Positions 12,690 through 25,543 of a DNA stretch of 64,000 nt are shown one piece after another. Under the pieces are notes generated by a model that saw nothing but the letters and a program-made list of their open reading frames with translations, did no database searches and was not told the origin of the DNA. Made by a program: the position numbers and the translations under genes. This DNA is from Geosiphon pyriformis uo1 (Eukaryota > Fungi > Glomeromycota). The stretch lies in NCBI GenBank assembly GCA_016748015.1, contig JAAOMT010000299.1, positions 1,039,924 to 1,103,923 on the forward strand, in the 5' to 3' direction. Numbering within the stretch: the first letter of the stretch is position 1; the number at the start of each line of letters is the position of its first letter.

Positions 12690-15600
12690 TGATTATTTAT
12701 ACTTGTTACAACAATTAGAAAAACATTTTAAAGCACACAACAAAAACAATCTAAACTTTATTGAACTCTATTTTTTGCTCTTCTGCTTGATTTGCTTCCC
12801 TATTGAAAAACAATCCAGTAGACAATTTCAAGACTTTTGAAACTGGTTTTTAAATAACTATTCAGCTAAAACCTACACAGTTTATACAACTTATTACTTT
12901 GACCAAGCTTATTTTGAAGACAATTTTAAAGAAAAAAACAACAACATTAATCAGCTTTTATATTCTACAATATTTGAACAACAACCCCCTAATTCTGAAT
13001 ACTTAAATCACCAAGTTTATATTTGGATTGCTGCTTATTAATTAGCTAAAACACCTTTGAAACAGAAGAAGAAAGCTATTAAACTGCTCTTATTTTTGAT
13101 TTCTTTTCAAGTAAATCAAAACATTCCACACAAACAGCTACTTCTAAACTAATGACTAATAACTCTATACAATAAAACATTCTGATTGCTCTCTAAGACA
13201 TACAAACTGCTTTAGAGCAAAGAAACAATATTTCATTACTATTATTCAAAGATAATACACAAAATCCAATTAAATAATTAGATGACTTTAAAAGAGCTAT
13301 CACAGCTAACCAATATGATAATGAATACAAATTCTAAATCATTAGTGGCTACTTTCAAGGCTTTTTTGCTACTAGGTTCTCACAAGAAACCAATGCCAAT
13401 GCTCAGCAAAGAATTATTAGATGGACACCAACAAATGCTGAAGAAGACAATATCTCTTTTACTATCTGGTTTGAAATGAAATTTAAAACTTCTATCTTGA
13501 TATTCAAATGGCACATGGAATTAAAAAGAAAAATCCAAGATCCTGATAAAGTTGTAACTAAATATGCCAAAGCAATCAGAAAGTTAATCAAGCAGATAGA
13601 CTTTGGAAGAAATTGGACAGAAAAACAGAAAATTTACTCCTTTACAAAAAGATTAAAAACTAATTTCTTATATGCTCTTTGGCTCCTTTTGGCTTTGAAA
13701 GATAATTTCACAATGAATATAGTCATTGAACTAGCCCAATAAATTGAAGATAATAAAAGAATGCACTTAGAATTCATACTTTCAGTTTTTGCTTCTGCTC
13801 CTATTATGGCTCTTGCTTCTCAAATGGCTGCCACTTTTTTTACTGCCCAAACTCCAAATTCCAATAAACAATTGATAGATAGACTCACAGCCAATCTTGT
13901 CTGGCTATTAGAACCTTTAGCCTAAGCAGTCAGAGAGAATTAACAATCCCAAAGATCCAGATATGAACCCTATTTTAATCAGTTTCAGCAACTCTCTTAT
14001 TAAAGACAACAAAATTGTGGCTTATTTGTGTATTATTGCTGTGGATTAACTGAATATCTCTCCAAAGATTGCAACAATTCTTCTCTGTCTCCTCCAGTTT
14101 TTAGAAATAATAATAATTAAAACAACAGAATCAACAATAACAATGTTCTTAATTAAAGATTCAATTATGTTAACATCAATTTTTTTGAAGAGAATCTCTT
14201 AGTTGAAGCTACTGTTTATCAGTCTTTAAACTGATAGGTGCACTTCCAAAGGGTAAGAGTGCAAGCCAACCAAAAGAAAACTTTTTTTATGCTTTTAACC
14301 TAACTAATAATGATCATGACATAAATGAACTAGCAATCAATATCTCTAAACCAACAAAGAAGAAAAAAAAAACCAAGATTGATTTCATTCTGGATCCAAA
14401 CAAAGCATCCACATTAACTGCTAATAACAATGAGTTACTAAAGACTAAAGTTTTTAAAAATTCTTTAAAGCTGGAACCCCCAGAAATTGTACAAAAATTT
14501 GGCTTCTATTTCATTATTAAAGATCTCATGGAAACCCCAGCTCACATTATTTTTGGCCAGTTAATAACCCATTCACAATTCAGAAAAATTTTTTGCAAAT
14601 TCTTAATCTCAAAGAAAAAAACACCAAAAACCAATAAACACTCCTAACAAGCTGAATTTGCTGACAATAGTAATGTTATCCCTCTAATTTGCAAAGCCCA
14701 AGTGGCTGGTTATTTCATTAACTTGATTCTAAACAGTGGATCATTTGTAAGTATAATTGTCAAACACTTCCTGAAAGCCATTGGTAGAAAGATTAATAAA
14801 TCTTTAACCAGACCAATGACCAATGTGCATGATAACAAAAAGAAAGGGCTTGGTATAGCCAAAGCTGTTCCTATTTACATCAATAGCATTAGCATTGAGA
14901 CTGACATGGAAGTATCTGAAGCAAAAGAATACACTATTATTGTTGGCAATGAATGGCTTAAGAAGACAAAAGCCTTACTTGATTATGAATTTTGTGAGCT
15001 AACTATCAGATGTGGTAAAAAACCCATTGTGGTTAAATATTGCCATTGGACAACTTGTTCAGTACTCAAGCAGAATTAAAAAGATGAGCAATTAGATGAA
15101 TTAGATGATGAAGAGAGCAATGAAAAAAAAGATCAAGAAGAAACTGTTGAACTCACTTATATCATCTTTATTAGCAATAGCAAGCCACTAAATAATATCA
15201 AAGCTGACAGAAAAAAAATTATAGTAAATAACAAACTAATCTGCTGGCCCTATTATGATATCTTCAAAAGAATTTTTGATAGAAAATCTGGCAAGAAAGC
15301 CAAATACAGTTATTGGTGACATGGTCTTTGTATTTGTTACTAATATAATAAACTCTTGTATTTTCCTAATGATAAATGCAAAACCTGTCTAATCTACTAT
15401 AAAGATTGAGAACTTATTAGCTTAATACCAAGAAAAAAACTAAGAAAAGTACAAAAGTCTTTGAAAGTAAACCATCTGAAATTTAATCATTTACAGTAAA
15501 ACAAAAAAAACTTTTTCTTAAAGAAAAAAAGTAGACATTAAAAATTTGTCGATTAGAAATAGCCCAGTTATCTCAAAAGAAGGTAATACTTCTGAATAAA

Positions 15601-18230
15601 TCTATGTAATATAATACACTATTACCACCAGAGAAACTTATCCCATCTATTTGAAGCCTTATTAATCCAATTGATACAATAATGAGTTTATTAAGAAAGA
15701 AATAACCCAAATAAAAAATCTTAGATTTATACAAGAAACCAAGAGTAAATGAGCTTTCTCAGTTGTAGTAGTATCCAAAAAAAACAGAACTCTATGTTTT
15801 TACATTAACTATTATCAATTAAATGCTATCACTATAAGAAACATATATCTACTTCCCAAAATTGATGCAATGCTAAACAAATTCAATGGTGCTGCTTTCT
15901 TCTTAACCATTAACTTAACTGCTGGATTCTGGCAAGTAGAGATGGATCCAGAAAGTAGAAAAAAAACTGCTTTTATTACCAAGTATGGTACCTATAAATT
16001 TACAGTTATGTCTTTTGGTCTCACCAATGCTCCTTCTACCTTTCAACACCTAATAAACAAAGTGTTTGAATCAGTAAAAAAAAACTTTGTTTTGGTTTAT
16101 TTAGACAATATAATGGTATACTCAAAAACCTGGAATAAATACCTTGAACATTTACAAAAGAATTTTTATCTCTTTAAAAATGCTGGTCTTAAGATAATCT
16201 AATTAAATTTTTCTTTAGATAACAATCCACTTAGTTTTTTGGTTATCTTATTACAAAAGATGGAATTTTTTCTAACCCAGCTAAAGTTGAAAAAGTTCAA
16301 AATATTAGACAATTAATGAATGTTTTTGAACTATGCTTTTTTCTTGGTTTGGCTTTTTACTATTACAAATTTATCAAGAATTTCTTTAAAATTTTCTTTC
16401 TTTTTAATCAGCTACTCAGAAAAAATGTCAATTATTACTGAAGCATTTATCAACAAAAAGCTTTTAAAACTTTGAAAGAAAAACTTGTTATTGAACCAAT
16501 CCTTAAACAACCTAACTTGAACCAACCTTTTATCCTGTACATTGATGTATCTGATTATGAACTTAGTGCTGTTTTCTCACAGAAAGATGAAAATAACAGA
16601 AAACATGTTATAGCATATACCAGTAAAATCCTTACACCAGCAGAAAAAAACTATTCAGTTACTAAACAAGAATGCTTGGCAGTAGTTTGGGCTATTAGTT
16701 ACTAAGACCAATATCTTTTTGGTGTAAAATTCCTAGTAGTAACAGATTATCAAGCCAGAACACAAACAAATAACTTGCTGAATACTCTATCTGAATGAAT
16801 TTAACTATGATATTCAATACCACAAAGAAGCAAATTATTAAAATATCAATGTTTTTTTTAGACTTATCATTCAGTGATAGTACAACCTTTTAATCAAACC
16901 AACTTAATTATTAGTAATACTCCCATAAACAAACACAATAATGAACTTGAACAACTATTCTGCCTTAATAGAATTTTTGGGTAAAGAACAATAACTACTA
17001 GAATACATTAGACAGCAAAGAGAACATTTGCACAAACAATCAAATTTCTATTTGATTTACTAAAACCAACTATATAAAAAAAAAAAGATCTTGACCACCC
17101 CTAAAGAGTTATTAAATTTAAAGAAAAAAAAATTGTAATCTACAACATATACACTAATCCATTAGCTAGATATTTTGAAAAAACAAAAACAATTTAGAAA
17201 ACTTTAACTTGCTATTATTGGCCTACTTTAGGAAAAAATATTGCTGAATATATCAAAACCTGTAATATCTGCCAAAAAAGAGAAAAACCCAATTGAAAAA
17301 AAGATATTTATTTAATTTCTGTTGGCCAACCATTTGACAGAATCGGTATAAATGTTGTTGGACTCTTAATAATAGCTTCTGATGACAATAGATATATTAT
17401 TACAGCTATTGACTATCTTACAAAGTGAATAAAAGCAAAAGCTACTCCAGACCAAACAGTAGTTTCAATAGCCAACTTTATTTATGAAGATATTATCTGC
17501 TATTATGGCTGTTCCAAAGAACTTTTATCTGATAGAAGAAGAGCTTTTCTCAGTACACTGGTTGAAGAACTTTGTAAAAAAGTGAGAATATGTTATAAAC
17601 TTTTTTCTTCTTATTACCTTCAAACAAATGGCTTAATGGAACATTTCAATAAAACACTATATGAAACATTAGCCAAAACCAGTAAAAAAACAAACTTATA
17701 GAACAAAATTTTGTCTTCAGCTTTGTTTGTTTATAAAACTGTGAATTATAACATAATAAGTTATAAAACTTTTTATCTGCTCTATGAACACATAGCAATA
17801 TTACCAATAAAAACTGACATTAAAACAATATCTTTTGAAAAAATCACAATAGAAAATTATAAAAACATTTTGCAAAGAAGACTTGGTACTATTCTTGACT
17901 TATTGGTAGAAGCATAAATAATTGCTTTTAAAAAGATAAAACAGTTCCAAAAAAAACTTAAAAAAAAAACTTATAAAACACTTTCTTTAAGTATTGGTGA
18001 TTTGATATTAGAATACCATTTAAATAGAGACAATGTCTATAGTAATAAATTCTCTAACTAATAGAAAGAACTCTTTTTAATCAACAAAGTTTTGAATAAT
18101 AGTTCTTATATTCTTTAAGATCAATCTGAAACAATCTTCAATGATCATTTTGTTCATGATATATAACTTAAAAAATATTATAAATGACCTGATTGATTGT
18201 CTGTTGTGATAATACTAACTCAAATAATTA
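12690..18230 (+). pseudogene. Gypsy gag-pol (approximate bounds)
   Basis: Gag knuckle CYCCG..YLSKDC (~14028); protease LILNSGS (DSG>NSG); RT (GFWQV, KTAF, MSFGLTNAPSTFQ, YLDN); RNase H (LYIDVS, NYSVTKQECLAVVWA); integrase (CNIC, FDRIG, PQTNG). Confidence 0.9.
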
Positions 18231-18288
18231 GCAAAAATCAAGTATAAATAAATGCACCATTCTTAAAACAGAAATATCTTCAATTAAC

Positions 18289-18855
18289 ATGAATAATTAT
18301 TTCTTGGATCAAAACATTTAAAACACTTTCTATACTCTCTATAAGTATTAGATCAAAAACTATTCAAATACTATTTTGACTATTGGAAAACAAACCATCA
18401 TAACTGATAACAGTAGAACACATACTGTTATTAGATCCAAGAAAACCACTACCAAAAGAGAAAAAATTAGTAGCAAAATGGATAAATATCTGTTGAAAAG
18501 TATAATAGCAGCTATATTTTCATCTTTTAGCACAATTAGAAAAACACTCCAAAAAATCTTGCCTATAAACAAAAACTTGTTATATAGAAGGCAATTAAAA
18601 CTCTATGGTTGTTTTGGTAAAATTATAGAAAATATGAAACTAATAAAGAAAATAATTTTAGAGATACAAACAGAAATTTTAGACATTATATGCTTAGATA
18701 TCTCAAGAATTTTAACTATTGCTAAAAAAGCCAAAACTCTAATACAAAGATTTGGTTTCTTGAATAAAAAACTCATTTTACTTCAAATATTATATACTTT
18801 ATTCACCAAAGACTTCAATAAACTAGTTAGCTTTAAATTAAACAAAACTTTTTAA
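18289..18855 (+). pseudogene. Extra ORF3 between integrase and 3' LTR
   Basis: ATG at 18289 is in frame with the 159-aa ORF 18376-18855. The two early stops are explicable by transitions. Confidence 0.55.
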
Positions 18856-18903
18856 ATAGATTATTATATAAATAGCTTGATTTTACTGGAGTTTAATCTC
18901 TTT

Positions 18904-18914
18904 GGAGAGGATGA
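18904..18914 (+). promoter_or_regulatory. Polypurine tract (decayed) GGAGAGGATGA
   Basis: Purine run immediately before the 3' LTR. Confidence 0.65.
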
Positions 18915-19603
18915 TGTTATAGTTAAAACTTATACTTTTTATTAATTATTACATGTATTAACCACTGATATTATATAATTAGTCACTCTATTTTTAGATG
19001 GTGATTATTGACCTAATCAATGATCTGACTATTGACTTGATCATTGACCTAGTCATTGACTTGATTATTGACCACTTTTAATAGCTATATAAGCAATAAA
19101 TCTCTTAGTTGTAGAAAAACTTCTCAGAAATCAAAGAAATTAAATAAATAAAATAACAACTTTTATCTCAATTTTTCTTTTATTGCTAATTTTTTTTCCT
19201 ATTTTCAAGTATCTGAATATTTTGAGATAAAATATTACTTGTTGGTTATTTTTTATCTTTTCCTAGAATATGTAATTGTAGCATTTGAAGATTATTGAAT
19301 AAAACATGACTGAAGAATACATCTAATACCTAATATTGAATTCTAAAAGCACTAATGTGAGGCATAGAATTATACTAGTGTGTAATTATTTGTTGACAGT
19401 ATGGACTATTTTTCTATCTTTAGATTCCCCAGTTATCTTTTAAAAAGCATAGCAACTAAGATATTTTATAAAACTGATCTTGCACATTAAATTCATACTC
19501 ATTTAATTTGCTCTTTGATGTAGAATTTTCTTTAATTTCTTTCATCACCATACAATTTTGTTCTTTCTTGCTATCTATTAGCTTGTTACTTCAACCCATA
19601 ACA
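18915..19603 (+). repeat. 3' LTR (689 bp)
   Basis: Direct repeat of 11954-12632, with one extra unit in the internal tandem array. Confidence 0.95.
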
Positions 19604-22600
19604 GTATCATAAAAATCAGATATAGTACCAATCTTATGATTAACAACTGCCAATAACAAGTTTATATTTAGAAAAACATAGTTAATAATTTTTGCAACAC
19701 CTTTAGAATTGCTCCAAGTAGAAGTCTTAACCAAAGAATGTTTGTTAAAAATATTTATTAATCTTATATTTGAGTATTTTCCAAAACTTGTATATTTCTT
19801 AAAACTATCTTTATTAAAATTTTTATTCAGAATTACAAAAGAACTGAAACCAACTGTTCTTAAAATAAATAAGTTAACTTTGGAAGCCTGTTTAAACTTA
19901 GTTCCAATTAAAATCTCAGCATACAAGCCCAGAACCATGACTAATAATTTGCTTTTAAACAAAAAATATACCAAAATTAATCTATTAGAGATCTTTTTTA
20001 TCTTAATAATATGTCAAACCAAAGAAACATTTATAATGATAGCCATGTTAGCACTACAAAAACCACTCTTCAAACCAGATGTAAAAATCTGAACTCCATC
20101 AAACCTATTTATAATTCACAATTTAACACTATATTTTATTTTTATTTTTTTAATAATAAATATTATATAACCAAAATTTACATGTTAACAAACAATGTTT
20201 TTTTGTTTTGCCAAATTGTTCATACTTTTGACATTACATATAGCTATTTTTTAAATGAATTTATTTATTGAGACAAAAAACACACCAAAAAATTTAGCAT
20301 ACAACTAAACTAATTTCTCCAAAATTAAATCAAAAAAAACTTCAAAAGTCATTATTTTTAATTTTAAACTGTCCACTTTAATAGTTAAAGATCTTAAAAT
20401 TACTTGGACTCAATATTGAAGCTTTAGTATTTGCCAAAAAAAAAAGAGGAAACAATATTTGTAAACCATTTAAAAATATGTCTAAAACCAAATTCAGATT
20501 TGATGTCATAAAATTTGTTAAAGTAAAAGCAGAAAAAGAAAAAACCAATAGCACCAAGTTCATATTACTAAGTCTTTACACAATATTAGACACTTAATCA
20601 ATCAAAAGCTCCAAAAAATATTCCAAAAAATCTAACTGTTTATTAATTATAAACATATCTTAAAATTTAGAAATCTCCTTTTCAAAGAATAAAACATTAG
20701 AGAAAGAGAGTCCAAGAAATAAAACAGATTAAAAATTAATAGAAACAGCTATTAAAAACACTATTTGGGCCCAAGACTTGTTATCAAAAACAGCTAGTCA
20801 AAAAATAAGCACATTTTTTCTTGCATAGAAATGGGTAAATTAAAAACAATTTTGATTTGAAATAAATTTTTTATAGATCTTTTTCTAAACTAAAACAAAT
20901 GAACCAAAAAAGTTATATTTAAGAGAAAAATATCCAAACTGCTTATATTTTTTATAGCATACTAATTCCAATCTAGTCCAAAAAAGTTTTATACCACTAA
21001 AAATTGGCTTTGTATAAAATACAAACTTCAAATTTTTATCTGACTTAAAACCAATTACAGTACAATGAACTCTATTACCAGTTTCTAATAACTAATTAAT
21101 GATAAAAGTTTTTTTGCCAGCTTTTTTCAAAAGAGTGCCAAAATTATATGCAGTTGTATTTACAGACAAAGTAAATAAAAACATCTTAAAATAATTTTTA
21201 AATATCCAAATATCTTAAACTCTTATAGCTTAAGCTATATGTATTGAGTTTTTACTAATTAGGAATAACTACTTAAATGCCAATTAATTTGTTTGATCTG
21301 ATTTAACAAACTCCACTATAATTTTTTGTCATAGTCTAATAAGTTGTAATTTGATAAACACAATTTAATTATACTTAGATACTGCAGCAATAATTATTTT
21401 TTTAGATATATCTATGAGAATTTTTTTGATAATTACAGTCCAATCTGAATGAAATTCTTGTTTCTTAACATTATTGTTTACAATAATTTTTTTTTTGAGC
21501 CAATAATAAGACTTTTTTCATGTTTTCTTCTGATGTAAATATTAATCTAATAATTTTTTCAAATTTTGAGAGAGTAGTAGTCTTTTCAAATCTATTAATT
21601 GTTGAAAAATTTTTTCTAATTATCTGAATTTTTGCTGTTACTAATTTGCTTTCTATAGCTAAAAAATTAATATATAAGACAAAAAATTTTTTAATTAATA
21701 CTTCTATTGAAGTTTTTATTATCTTGGAGTTAATTTATTTTCTGTTCAAAGAGATATTAAGAAAAAGTAAAAGAGATCTAACTTTTTCATTTATATAAAA
21801 ATCAAAAAAACTAAAAAAAAATAGTAACAGCTAAACCAAAAAAAACTACTACCAATACTAGTTACAGAATTATTGTCTTTACTATTATTAGAATTACCAT
21901 TTATATCCGAAAACATACTATTATTAGAACTAGACTTAATTAAGAAAATATCTTTTTTATTACCAGAGTGTTTGATGTTATCAAAAATAATTCTTTTTTT
22001 CTAAGAGAAAAAGCCACTAACAAGATCATGAAAAGTCCCTTTGGACATTTTTTTCTTAAATATATTACTGCTCAAAACAGTTTCTAAATTCACAACAAAA
22101 AGGTTATTGAATTGAAAAATATTGAAGAAAAACAACAAAAAAAAACAAAAACTTTTTTTTCAAAATTATGTTTTTTGGGGAATTTGGAATATAGGAAAGA
22201 AAAAAGTTTTATTTTTACATAAATATAAACATAATAATAATAATAATAATATATTTATTAAAATAACTAAAATTATTATTTGGCTGTATTGCTTGATATA
22301 ATTGTTTTTGGTTAATTATTACTTATTAAAAAGCAAAATAAGTTGTATTTTAATATGTATTTTTATTTAATTAAAAAACAATATTATTTATTTTAAAAAA
22401 TTAAGTTAATATTAAAATTAATAATTAACAAATAATTATTAACTATAAATTTTTTTTAAGTAAATAACTTTTGTTTTAATATTTAATATATTTTTAAAAA
22501 ACAATATTAAAATATTGGGAATTGCTAGATCTATTTATAATACGTGATATCATTTTACATCATAGTTTTGTATTCAACTATATATAGAAACATATTAATA

Positions 22601-25212
22601 AATATTATAGTTGTTCATAACGAAGTGTTTTTTAATTATAAAACACTATAAATTACTTAAGGCATAATAAAAAATTAAATATATAATCTATATTCAATTT
22701 TATTTTTTATTTTAATTAAACTAATATTTATTTGAATTACTAATAAATAATTCTTAAAATTCTATATATATTAATATCATATATTGTAAATGGATCAATT
22801 TAGCAATTTCCTAATTCCTAATTTAATTTACTCTTATTATTTTTAATTTAAATATTTTAAAATAAAAATTATAATTTTTTATTATTTTTTAGCTTTAATA
22901 AAAAATTATTAAATAACTATTTATTAAAAAACAATAATATTTTTTGTCAAATTATTCTTAATTTTTAAATTTTATAAAATTTTATAAAATTATTTTAATT
23001 TTTTTATTGCAAAAAACACAAATTTAATTTGTTGTTTATAAATAAAATAATTTGAATTATATAAATAAAAATTCGAAAAAAGTTTTTGTTTTATTATTAT
23101 AATTTTTTTAATATTTTTATAAGATATAAACTTAATTGTTTAAGAATTAATAACTATTACTAATAATAATATAACTAAAAAAAATTTATAAAAGTATTAT
23201 ATAATTTTATTTATAAGCTAAAAGAATTTCAAAAATTTTAAGAATAAAATAGTTTTTCTTTAAACAAAGTTTTTATTTTTAAATAATAAAATAGTTTTTT
23301 TTAGTGTTTTTAATAATATTAAGACATATATTATAAAAACTTATAATAATTAATATTAGTTTTAATGTTAATAAAAACAAAGCTTTTTTGAATTTTAAAA
23401 TAAATATTCTTAAAGCAAAAAAAATAAATATTAACAAAATAAAAATATTATTAATAAATACAATTTGTTATAATTATAAAAATAATAAAATAGTTCTCTT
23501 TTTTTTTTGTTTAAATTAATTGATTTGTTTTTATAATTATTAAAAAAAATTAAAAGTTACTATTAAAATATTTAATGTTTTGATCATATTATAACTTTTA
23601 ATGCTTTTTTATAATATTAGTCTTTAAATATTTTAATATATTTTAAAAGTTTTTGTTATATCTAAAAGTTTTATTAATTTATTTTTTAAGTTGTATTTAT
23701 TTAAAGTTTTTTAAAGATTAATATTAATAATAAGATTTGTTATCAATTATTATTTGATAAAATTGTTGTAATTATATTCAGTTAAACTTATATTATTTAA
23801 TTATAATTGGTAAAATTAAGTATTGTTTTTTTATTTTTTTTGATAAATAAACAATTTTTGATAAAATTAATTTTAAAATACTGTTTCTGTTTTTATTAAG
23901 TTATTATAATATTAAATTACATTATTATAATAATTATATTACTAATTATATTTGTATTTTTTTTGCTTTTTTAGACTATTTATAAATCTTTAATAAAAAA
24001 TAAAAAAATAAATTAGTATTCTGTTAATTATTATAATTAAAAACAATTGGTTTAAATTGTTAAAATTTTAAAAATATTATATAATTTGTATTTGGCTTTG
24101 AATTATAAATTTTTAGATAAAAAATATTTTTATTGAAATTTTAAAAATAAAAATTTAATTAAATTTAATTACTTTAGTTTAATTTTAAATTTTAAATTAA
24201 AACTATTTATATATAAAATATATTTTTAGTTCTATAAAATAGCTTTTAAAAACTTGATATTTTATAATATTTTCTATATTATTTGGTTATTATTTATTAT
24301 AATCTATTATTTTATATTATTTTATGCTTTTTTATTTAATATTATTATTGATTATTTGATATTATTATTATTTTAGTGTATATTATTATATATTTATCAT
24401 GATTATTTTTAATTGGTTGGTTTTTTTTACTTTAATAATATTGTTTTTTTTTAAAATTGAGTTTTTGTAAAATTGTAAAATTTTTTAATTATCTTTTTAA
24501 TATTGTTAATAATTAAAATATTTATAATTAGATTTAAAAGTACTTGTAAATAATGTTTAAAAAACTAAGTATAATTAATAAATAATTTTAAAATTAATTA
24601 TTATGTTGTTTTTTTTAATAAATTATTTAACTTGTTATAAAATTTTTTTGTTGAATAATTATTATTATAATCTGATTAATATTTAATTATTTATTAATTT
24701 TATATATAACAAAAATTGTTAAAATCTTTTTTTATAGAGGTTTAACTATATTAAATATTAATAAGTTTTATTATTCATAAGTAAAAAATTATATTTGTTT
24801 TATTTTAATAAACTGTTAATATTAATGTTCTTTTTTTTGTAATAAATTTTTATTTTAAATAATTAAAAATAAGTGTTTTATCTTGTATATTTTTTTTCTA
24901 ATTTAATTTTATTTAGTAGTTAAGTTAATTTTTTGTAATTAATATATATATTAAATAGTTGCTTTATATAATATTTTCAATTTTATATGACTTAATAAAT
25001 AATAAAATATTTTAAATTAATAATACTGTATTTTTGTTTTGTAATATTTATATTTCTGTTAGTATAAACAATAAAATATTCTTTGTTACTTTAACTAATT
25101 TGAAATAAATTTTTTATTAAAGTCAAGATAAATTAATATTAATGTTTTAATTAATCAATATTTTAGGTAATTAAAATTTTTTTGTTAATAATTAGTTTAT
25201 TTATATAAAATA

Positions 25213-25402
25213 TTTTTAAATAGCAAATAATAATAAAAACTGACAATTTTTAAAAAGTTTTAACAAATCATTAATAATATTTAAGAAGTTTTATAAATTC
25301 TTGTTTTTTTAAGATTTATAAGTATAAAGAATTTTTAAATAGCAAATAATAAAAAAAACTGCCAATTTTTAAAAAGTTTTAACAAATTATTAATAGTATT
25401 TA
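25213..25402 (+). repeat. ~119-bp tandem duplication whose second copy is split by LINE-B (continues at 33197-33262)
   Basis: TTTTTAAATAGCAAATAA...AAAAAGTTTTAACAAAT...TTTATAAGTATAAAGAATTTTT occurs twice. The first copy shows the empty insertion site. Confidence 0.8.
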
Positions 25403-25543
25403 TTTATTTTTTTTTATTAAAACAATTTAACGAGTGAAGCCCAACCACTACCTAGTACATAGAACCAAACTAAGTGGTTCAAACTAAGTATGAATCACAC
25501 ATTCTCTACATGTGGCTAGCCATTCAGACCAGACAAGGCAACA

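Larger units (their letters stand above)
11954..19603 (+). mobile_element. Full-length Ty3/Gypsy LTR retrotransposon, inactivated
   Basis: Paired LTRs TGTTA...TAACA, 4-bp TSD GTAT (11950-11953, 19604-19607), and domain order gag-PR-RT-RH-IN. Confidence 0.95.
1073..22213 (-). mobile_element. Old, heavily mutated full-length LINE (LINE-C, ~6.7 kb net) in three pieces: 1073-3850, 10597-11953, 19604-22213
   Basis: Poly(T) at 1073-1081 and a 3'UTR matching the other LINEs. The RT frame continues across the LINE-A insertion (...KIYSKFIRF|FGNIYNNRVNRIITDFG) and the EN frame across the Gypsy (SDFYDT|NYKTV). Shared 5' motif at 22145-22210. 9-bp TSD TTTACATAA at 1064-1072 and 22214-22222. Confidence 0.85.

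Noticed and set aside
22223-25200. Extremely AT-rich block as a centromere or origin
   Set aside because: No periodic satellite; better explained as end-stage mutated repeats, and not testable from sequence alone.
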